A stretch of 41,538 nucleotides of DNA from Clostridia bacterium. GTDB lineage: Bacteria > Bacillota > Clostridia > Christensenellales > UBA1242. The stretch spans positions 1 through 41,538 of the forward strand of contig JAZRVA010000013.1 of the NCBI GenBank assembly GCA_045598865.1, given 5' to 3'. Positions 35,453-41,538 of this stretch are shown in pieces. The notes beneath the pieces were generated by a model, which was not told the origin of the DNA, searched no databases, and saw only the letters and a list, made by a program, of their open reading frames with translations. The number at the start of each line of letters is the position of its first letter. Position 1 is the stretch's first letter. Made by a program: the position numbers and the translations under genes.

Positions 35453-37597
35453 ATGATTAAGCAAGTAAGAAAAAGAGATGGACAAATTCAAGATTACAAC
35501 AGAACAAAAATAGCCGATGCAATTTACAAAGCAGCCGTTGCATGTGATGGCAGCGATAGAGCAAAAGCAGAAGACCTAGCAAAACAAGTAGAGGATATCT
35601 TAGTTGAAAGATATGGCAACAAAATTCCAACCGTTGAACAAGTGCAAGACGTTGTTGAAAAGGTTTTAATTGAAAACAGGCACGCACAAGTTGCAAAAGC
35701 ATACATTTTGTATCGTGAAAAACGTAGTGCTGCAAGGGAGAATAATGCACTTGCCGGTGCAACAATAGATTTGTTCTCAAAATATTTGGACGACACAGAC
35801 TGGGCAACCAAAGAAAATGCAAATATGCAGCACAGTGTTGCAGGTCTTAACAACTATGTTAGAGAATCTTTTACAAAAAAATACTGGCTTAATGAAATTT
35901 ATCCAACAGAAGTTAGGGAAGCCCATGAAAGCGGAGCAATCCACTTGCACGACCTTGGTTTCTTTGGCGCATATTGCGTTGGTTGGGATTTAAGGCAAAT
36001 CTTAACTGATGGTTTTACAGGAGCAGCAAAAAAGGTTTCTAGCAAACCACCAAAACACTTAAGATCCTTCTTAGGACAAGTTGTAAATGCAACATTCACA
36101 ACTCAAGGCGAAACAGCAGGTGCTCAAGCATGGAGCAGTTTTGACACATATTGTGCACCATTTGTTAAACTTGACAATTTAACATACGATCAAGTTAAAC
36201 AATGCTTGCAAGAATTTGTTTTTAACATGAACGTTCCAACTCGTGTTGGTTTCCAATGCCCATTTTCAAATATCACACTTGATATTAAATGCCCAAAAAC
36301 ATTAAAAGACCAACCAATTATTATTGGTGGCGTTATGCAAGACACAACTTATGGTGATTACCAAAACGAAATGGATATAATCAACAAAGCTTTCTGTGAA
36401 GTTATGTTGGAAGGAGATTCCAAAGGCAGAGTTTTCACTTTCCCAATTCCAACAATCAACGTTACAAAAAATTTCGATTGGGATAGCCCAGTTGTAAATT
36501 CCATTATGGATATTACTTGTAAATATGGTATTCCTTACTTTGCAAATTATGTAAATTCCGATTTGAGCCCAGAAGACGCAGTTTCTATGTGTTGCAGGCT
36601 AAGACTTAACGTTAAAGAGCTTAGAAAACGTGGCGGCGGCTTGTTTGGTTCAAACCCACTCACAGGCTCAATTGGCGTTGTAACAATCAACTTGCCAAGA
36701 ATTGGCTACCTTGCAAAAGACGAAGCAGAATATTTCGCTCTTCTTACCAAATATGCCGACATTGCAAAAACCTCTCTTGAAATAAAGAGAAAAATAATTG
36801 AAGATCAAACCGATAAAGGCTTGTATCCATATTCAAGATTCTATTTGAGGTCTGTTAAAGCAAGAACAGGCGGTTATTGGTCAAATCACTTCAACACAAT
36901 TGGTATTGTTGGCATGAACGAAAGTTTAATGAACTTCTTAGGGAAGGATAAAAACATCACAACCCCAGAAGGCCAAGCATTTGCCTTAAAAGTTATGAAC
37001 TATTTAAGACAAAAAATGGTTGAATACCAAGAAGAAACAGGCAACCAATATAACTTAGAGGCAACCCCAGCAGAGGGAACAGCAGCCAGACTTGCAAAAA
37101 TAGACAAAAAACGTTTCCCAGAAATTATAACCGCTGGTAAAAACGCAGTGTCATATACAAATTCCACACAAATCCCAGTAGAATTTAGTGATGATATTTT
37201 CAAAGTTGTTTCTTTGCAAGACGAACTTCAATCCCTTTACACCGGCGGAACTGTTCTTCACTTGTATTTGGGTGAAAGAATAGAAGACAAAGAAGTTTGC
37301 AAAAAACTTATCAGAAAGATTTTTGAAACTTCAAAAATGCCATATGTTTCCATCACTCCAACTTTCAGTGTCTGTGAAAATCACGGCTACATTGCTGGCG
37401 AGCACTTTGAGTGCCCAGAGTGTGGTGCAAAAACAGAGGTTTGGTCAAGAGTTGTTGGTTACTTAAGGCCAGTTCAAGACTATAACGATAGCAAATACGA
37501 CGAATACATGAATCGTAAAAAATTTGTTTTGCCTGTTGAAGACGAAATAGATGAAGAATTTATAGAATGCGAGTGCAAAAAAGATAGATTGTCTTAA
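35453..37597 (+). CDS. nrdD: Anaerobic (class III) ribonucleoside-triphosphate reductase with ATP-cone
   Basis: VRKRDG ATP-cone, HLHDL, SMCCRL finger loop, LEATPAEG, CxxHG...CPEC Zn site, glycyl-radical loop SRVVGYLRP. Confidence 0.96.
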   Translation: MIKQVRKRDGQIQDYNRTKIADAIYKAAVACDGSDRAKAEDLAKQVEDILVERYGNKIPTVEQVQDVVEKVLIENRHAQVAKAYILYREKRSAARENNALAGATIDLFSKYLDDTDWATKENANMQHSVAGLNNYVRESFTKKYWLNEIYPTEVREAHESGAIHLHDLGFFGAYCVGWDLRQILTDGFTGAAKKVSSKPPKHLRSFLGQVVNATFTTQGETAGAQAWSSFDTYCAPFVKLDNLTYDQVKQCLQEFVFNMNVPTRVGFQCPFSNITLDIKCPKTLKDQPIIIGGVMQDTTYGDYQNEMDIINKAFCEVMLEGDSKGRVFTFPIPTINVTKNFDWDSPVVNSIMDITCKYGIPYFANYVNSDLSPEDAVSMCCRLRLNVKELRKRGGGLFGSNPLTGSIGVVTINLPRIGYLAKDEAEYFALLTKYADIAKTSLEIKRKIIEDQTDKGLYPYSRFYLRSVKARTGGYWSNHFNTIGIVGMNESLMNFLGKDKNITTPEGQAFALKVMNYLRQKMVEYQEETGNQYNLEATPAEGTAARLAKIDKKRFPEIITAGKNAVSYTNSTQIPVEFSDDIFKVVSLQDELQSLYTGGTVLHLYLGERIEDKEVCKKLIRKIFETSKMPYVSITPTFSVCENHGYIAGEHFECPECGAKTEVWSRVVGYLRPVQDYNDSKYDEYMNRKKFVLPVEDEIDEEFIECECKKDRLS

Positions 37598-37618
37598 TCC
37601 TAAAAATTCTAAAAAATT

Positions 37619-37657
37619 TTTGCCAAAAAGTTAAATTGCTTTTTGGCAAAGTTTTTT
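37619..37657 (+). terminator. Intrinsic terminator between nrdD and nrdG
   Basis: tttgccaaaaag-ttaaattg-ctttttggcaaa followed by gtttttt. Confidence 0.75.
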
Positions 37658-37696
37658 ATAACGGCTTTGTAAAAGCCCTAAAAAAACAGTGCTCAC

Positions 37697-37724
37697 CAAA
37701 ATGTAAACAAAATGTAAACAAAAT
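37697..37724. repeat. 11-bp tandem direct repeat (TGTAAA-N5-TGTAAA) upstream of nrdG
   Basis: caaaatgtaaa caaaatgtaaa caaaat. Confidence 0.65.
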
Positions 37725-37784
37725 AAAAAGCATTATGCAAACTAAATAAAAATATTATATTTAATTTTTACAAGGAATAAAAAT

Positions 37785-38465
37785 ATGAAAATTGGCGGAT
37801 TTGTAAAAAACTCATTTGTGGATTATCCAGGCAAAATTGCCTGTACAATATTCACTGTGGGTTGTAATATGAGGTGCTGGTATTGCCACAATTCACACTT
37901 GTTTAACAAAACAAAAAATTTAATACCAGAAAGTGAAATTGTAGATTTTTTGGTAACTCACCAAGGTTTTTTAGATGGCGTTTGCATTAGTGGCGGAGAG
38001 CCAACGTTGCAACCAGACCTAACAGACTTTATAAAAAAAGTTAAAAGTTTGGGCTACCATGTAAAGCTGGATACAAACGGCACAAATTTTGAAATTTTGC
38101 AAAATTTAGTTAATAGCAAACTTGTCGATTATGTGGCAATGGATATCAAAGCCCCCCTTGATAAATATAAGGAAATTACACAAGTTAATTCTAATATGCA
38201 AAGCATAACTTCCAGCATAGAATTTCTTTTGCAAAATAATGTGGATTATGAGTTCAGAACCACGTTTTCACCCGATTTATCCTTAGCAGATTTAGAAGAA
38301 ATTTGCAAAACAATTAAGGGCGCAAAGTGTTACTCTGTGCAAAAATATAATATTGTTGAATATAACAAAATTAATATGTTACCAAGAAAGTTGGAAGATT
38401 TTGATATCGCCAAGGAAATTGCACTTAAATATGTTCAAAAAGTTATAATAAAAGGGGTTAATTAA
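37785..38465 (+). CDS. nrdG: Anaerobic RNR activating protein (radical SAM)
   Basis: SFVDYPG, GCNMRCWYCHN, ISGGEPTLQ, KLDTNG, AMDIK, YEFRTT; adjacent to nrdD. Confidence 0.93.
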   Translation: MKIGGFVKNSFVDYPGKIACTIFTVGCNMRCWYCHNSHLFNKTKNLIPESEIVDFLVTHQGFLDGVCISGGEPTLQPDLTDFIKKVKSLGYHVKLDTNGTNFEILQNLVNSKLVDYVAMDIKAPLDKYKEITQVNSNMQSITSSIEFLLQNNVDYEFRTTFSPDLSLADLEEICKTIKGAKCYSVQKYNIVEYNKINMLPRKLEDFDIAKEIALKYVQKVIIKGVN

Positions 38466-38478
38466 CCCCTCTTTTTTT
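38453..38478 (+). terminator. Intrinsic terminator overlapping the nrdG stop
   Basis: aggggttaa|ttaacccct followed by cttttttt. Confidence 0.75.
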
Positions 38479-38708
38479 ATAAAAAATTGTCTCAAATAAC
38501 CCCATTTATTTTTGTTTATTTTACCCAATATTTTTTAAAAATTTGGGTATTTATTTTTTTACAAATGTGTGTTACAATAAAAGCGTTTATTAAGCTATTA
38601 TTCTAAATAAAAAACAAAAATATTAATGGTTTTACTGCAAAAACAAACAAAAAATTACAAAATTTTTGTGTAAAACAATTGTTTTGTAATGCATACAAAG
38701 GAAGTAGT

Positions 38709-39746
38709 ATGGGAAATTTAATGTGTGTTTCATGGGTTTCTTCTTGGCTTTGGCTTATTATCTTATTAGTTGCCTTAATAACTTTTGTAGTGGTAATTTT
38801 AATATTATTACCATTTAAAGTTTGGCGCAAAACACTTGTTAACAAATGTCATATTGGTATGTTTAAGTTAATTGGTATGAAGCAAAGAAAGGTTGACCTT
38901 AATTTAATTGTGGATTCCTATATTTTTGCAAAAAAATCAGGTGTTTTCATAACCTTGCAAGAGTTGGAAAATCACTTGCTTGCCGGCGGAAACATAAAGA
39001 AGGTCGTAGATGCCGTTGTTATTGCAAATAGCGCAAATATAGATTTGTCTGTTGACACAGCAAAAGCCATTGATCTTAGCGGCAAAGACGTGGCAAAAGA
39101 AGTTAAAAACTGCATAAATCCTTTTGTTTTAGACAGTGAAACAATAGGCGCCGTGTGCCTAGACGGTGTGGAACTTAAAATAAAATTAAAACTTACAATC
39201 AAGCAGAATATTAATAAAATTGTGGGTAGTGTGGGCAAGGAAACAATCTTGGCCAGAATTGCCGAAAGTGTTATTTCCTGCGTTTCTGGGTTTGAAAATC
39301 ACAAATTGGCAATGAAATCTTCTTCTATTATTTCAAACTTTGTTTTAACTCAAAAAGTTTGCAAAGATAGTTGTTTTGAAATTGTTTCTTGTGATGTTAC
39401 AAGCGTTGAAATAGGCAGAGATTTTGCATCTGTTTTAAGAATTGCAAAAATAGAGGAAGAAAATAAACTTGCTTCTTCTAAGGCGGAGCAAAGAAGATTG
39501 CAGGCACTTGCTGATGAGCAGGAAATGAAAGTTAAAGTTCAGCAAATGAATGCAGATAAAGTCGCTGCCGAAATGGAAGTTCCAAAGGCAATTTCTAAGG
39601 CCTGTGAAGAGGGCAAATTAAATATCATGGATTATTACAAAATGCAAAATATTATTGCCGACACAAATATGAGAAAGGCAATTGCAATGGGCAGTTCTAA
39701 TAATGACAACTCGGACGATAATAAAATTAATATGTTTGATGACTAA
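38709..39746 (+). CDS. floA: Flotillin-like protein FloA (YqfA family)
   Basis: N-terminal TM, LIGMK.RKV, LENHLLAGGN, AIDLSGKDV, ETILARI, MDYYKMQNIIADTNMR. AAGGAAG RBS gives ATG 38709. Confidence 0.92.
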   Translation: MGNLMCVSWVSSWLWLIILLVALITFVVVILILLPFKVWRKTLVNKCHIGMFKLIGMKQRKVDLNLIVDSYIFAKKSGVFITLQELENHLLAGGNIKKVVDAVVIANSANIDLSVDTAKAIDLSGKDVAKEVKNCINPFVLDSETIGAVCLDGVELKIKLKLTIKQNINKIVGSVGKETILARIAESVISCVSGFENHKLAMKSSSIISNFVLTQKVCKDSCFEIVSCDVTSVEIGRDFASVLRIAKIEEENKLASSKAEQRRLQALADEQEMKVKVQQMNADKVAAEMEVPKAISKACEEGKLNIMDYYKMQNIIADTNMRKAIAMGSSNNDNSDDNKINMFDD

Positions 39747-39764
39747 CTAAAATAGGATTAGTGT

Positions 39765-40502
39765 ATGGATTATAATTTTTATATAATTTTGTTTAGTGTA
39801 ATTTTTGCAAGCAGTGTTTTTTTGTTGTGTTTGCCTAAAATTGTTTTGTTTTTTAAAAATAAAATAAAGAAAAATAAGAGCAAAAAACAAAAAAAACAAA
39901 AAGAAAACGATAGGGTTATTTACAAATCTTCGCAAACTCAGTTAAGGCCTGTTGTTAAACCACCACAAATTAAATTTGAAGAAAAAAAAGAAGATAACGA
40001 ACCTACCATTGAAGAAGAAATTGAGGATATTGATAACAAATTATCATCAACAACCCCAATTAAAATAAACAAAGATATCGAAAGTGATTTTGTTGCTCCT
40101 AACAGTATTAGGTTGGTTGAAAATCCAAATAGGGCAAAAGCAATGTCCGATTTAGATAAGGAGTTTGAAGAAATTAGAAAGTTTTTGGAAATTCCAAGCG
40201 AAAAGGAAGCCAAGCCCGCAAGAAAATTTAGCGATTTCGTGGTTCAGCCCGCTGCTAATAAAAACAAAAAAAATTATGACGAAATAGACTATGACGATTA
40301 TATTATGGGAGGAGAAAAACCAACTTTTAGTAATAAAAACACCATAAGTAAAGATAATAATATTAAGCAAAAAAGTAAGAGTGTTAACACTCAAAGTTTT
40401 GTTGAAGTTGATGGTGAAAAGGTGGACCTTAACAAACTTCCAACAAACCTTAAAAAGATTTTAATATCAAACGTCTTATCACGAAAAAATTTTGACGATT
40501 AG
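39765..40502 (+). CDS. Membrane-anchored, largely disordered hypothetical protein (YqfB-like position)
   Basis: N-terminal TM, charged low-complexity body, C-terminal 'LKKILISNVLSRK' helix; 18 bp after floA. Confidence 0.65.
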   Translation: MDYNFYIILFSVIFASSVFLLCLPKIVLFFKNKIKKNKSKKQKKQKENDRVIYKSSQTQLRPVVKPPQIKFEEKKEDNEPTIEEEIEDIDNKLSSTTPIKINKDIESDFVAPNSIRLVENPNRAKAMSDLDKEFEEIRKFLEIPSEKEAKPARKFSDFVVQPAANKNKKNYDEIDYDDYIMGGEKPTFSNKNTISKDNNIKQKSKSVNTQSFVEVDGEKVDLNKLPTNLKKILISNVLSRKNFDD

Positions 40503-40580
40503 AAATTTTTAATAGTTGTGATATTTTATTGACAAAAAAAAATGCTTTTTGTATTATTTTTATATAAAAAGAGGTGTTGT

Positions 40581-41270
40581 ATGGAACCTTATTTTTCAAA
40601 AGATTTATCTGAAAGACAAATTCAGGTTGTTGCTCATACAATGAATTTGATTGGTGCAGAGCCAGAAGGCATTGCATATTTTAAGGCAGAAGAATATATT
40701 TATGATATTTTTCCAATTGATATTGCCGTTTTTGCCCCAACAGAGGTTTTTGATTATTATATAATCCAAACAGTCGGGCTTAGTTCTTATAGGTTTGATA
40801 AGAATTTTGCAAGAAGCGAGTTATTAATGGTCTTGCCAAACACTTGGAACCTTGAAATAGAAAAGGAAAGCTCTGTTTGGCCAATTAAGTTGTTGCAAGA
40901 TATTGCTTATTCCGTTGTTGATAACAAAGAAGGTGTAATGGTTGGCAGCATTTATGGCCCACAATCCTGTGAAAGATACACCGAATATTCCGATGCTGTT
41001 GGTGGAATTATCACCCTTGCAGAAAATTTCCCACTTGAAATGTATGAAGAAAAAATTGGCGAAACATACACAAGGTTCTTCCAAGTTGTGCCAATTACAA
41101 AAGAAGATGTTTCCAAAATTAAAGAAATGGGTTCCGCCAAATTTATCAAATTTGATTTGCATGATTCCGAAGGACCACAGTTTGTGGTAAATATAGAAAA
41201 TAATGCCCCTGTTGGAATAGAAAAAATTATTACTCAAAACGAAAAAACACTTATGGGCTCAAAAAAATAA
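40581..41270 (+). CDS. Suppressor-of-fused (SUFU)-like domain protein
   Basis: IDIAVFAP...YYIIQTVGLS...RSELLMVLP..W...WPIKLLQDIA...FFQVVPITKED. GAGGTG RBS gives ATG 40581; promoter TTGACA (40529), 17 bp, TATTAT (40552). Confidence 0.75.
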   Translation: MEPYFSKDLSERQIQVVAHTMNLIGAEPEGIAYFKAEEYIYDIFPIDIAVFAPTEVFDYYIIQTVGLSSYRFDKNFARSELLMVLPNTWNLEIEKESSVWPIKLLQDIAYSVVDNKEGVMVGSIYGPQSCERYTEYSDAVGGIITLAENFPLEMYEEKIGETYTRFFQVVPITKEDVSKIKEMGSAKFIKFDLHDSEGPQFVVNIENNAPVGIEKIITQNEKTLMGSKK

Positions 41271-41400
41271 TTATCTCAAAAAGTTATAATTAAAAAAAAC
41301 AATTCTCTCAAATAATAATTAGAATAACAAGAAAATCAATAATCAATTATTACAAGAATAAAAATAACTAACTGCCACATGATTATCATGCTTTACTGCC

Positions 41401-41428
41401 AAAAAAGTCGACTTATTAGTCGACTTTT
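41401..41428 (-). terminator. Intrinsic terminator of the minus-strand gene at the window end
   Basis: aaaagtcgact-tatt-agtcgactttt with the A tract at 41401-41406 (a U tail on the minus strand). Confidence 0.8.
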
Positions 41429-41538
41429 CCTTTTGAATAGTATGGTTCTACATAAGCTGGAATTCCACCTTCATATATTATCTTAGGAGATCTAGCAATT
41501 AAAGGCCTAATATAATCATAAGCTTCTTTACTAATTCC
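41416..41538 (-). CDS. 3' end (partial) of a probable clostridial-type 6-phosphofructokinase (PPi-dependent type)
   Basis: Open frame GISKEAYDYIRPLIARSPKIIYEGGIPAYVEPYYSKGKVD* resembles the '..Y..PLI.G.P....GLP.' C-terminus of this PFK group. Only 40 codons are visible. Confidence 0.55.
   Translation of the reverse strand, partial: GISKEAYDYIRPLIARSPKIIYEGGIPAYVEPYYSKGKVD

Noticed and set aside
41336-41389. Minus-strand hydrophobic micro-ORF MIIMWQLVIFILVIIDY (type I toxin-like)
   Set aside because: No SD or promoter, it lies just past a terminator, and T-rich DNA gives hydrophobic peptides by chance.
41461-41490. dif-like site (…catatattatctta…)
   Set aside because: Poor match to the Bacillota dif arms, and it lies within the minus-strand coding frame.
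1-41538. CRISPR array, IS elements, tRNA or rRNA genes
   Set aside because: No regularly spaced repeats, transposase motifs or tRNA/rRNA sequence seen. The only tRNA-like sequence belongs to tmRNA.

Overview
This is a low-GC chromosomal segment from a spore-forming Bacillota (Clostridia-like, probably an uncultured gut lineage), with almost all genes on the + strand. The housekeeping backbone is rdgB, SAM-riboswitch-controlled metK, spoVT-SpoVB/YabM-type flippase-HU, dusB, pgk-gpmI-tpiA, secG-rnr-smpB-ssrA (tmRNA), fhs, degV, a PflX-like radical SAM gene, patatin, nrdD-nrdG with tandem NrdR boxes, floA, and the 3' end of a probable phosphofructokinase. Accessory genes are interspersed: two lipoproteins, a ~1540-aa membrane-anchored surface protein, two ComEC-like metallo-beta-lactamase-fold hydrolases and a SUFU-like orphan. 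I saw no integrase, transposase, prophage or CRISPR array. Most notable: (1) a stand-alone Zn-ribbon/TPR-TIR-3TM protein with a degenerate BspA/LRR-like ectodomain, a Toll-like-receptor-type architecture; (2) a 16-bp palindrome, ATG-NN-CATATG-NN-CAT, found three times in the first 6.4 kb around the surface-protein cluster; (3) pyrG with an in-frame deletion of ~300 codons; (4) adjacent RdgB and MetK with altered signature motifs, behind a P4-less SAM-I riboswitch; (5) several apparently leaderless genes; (6) no gap or eno in the glycolytic cluster. All calls come from reading motifs by eye; no searches were run.
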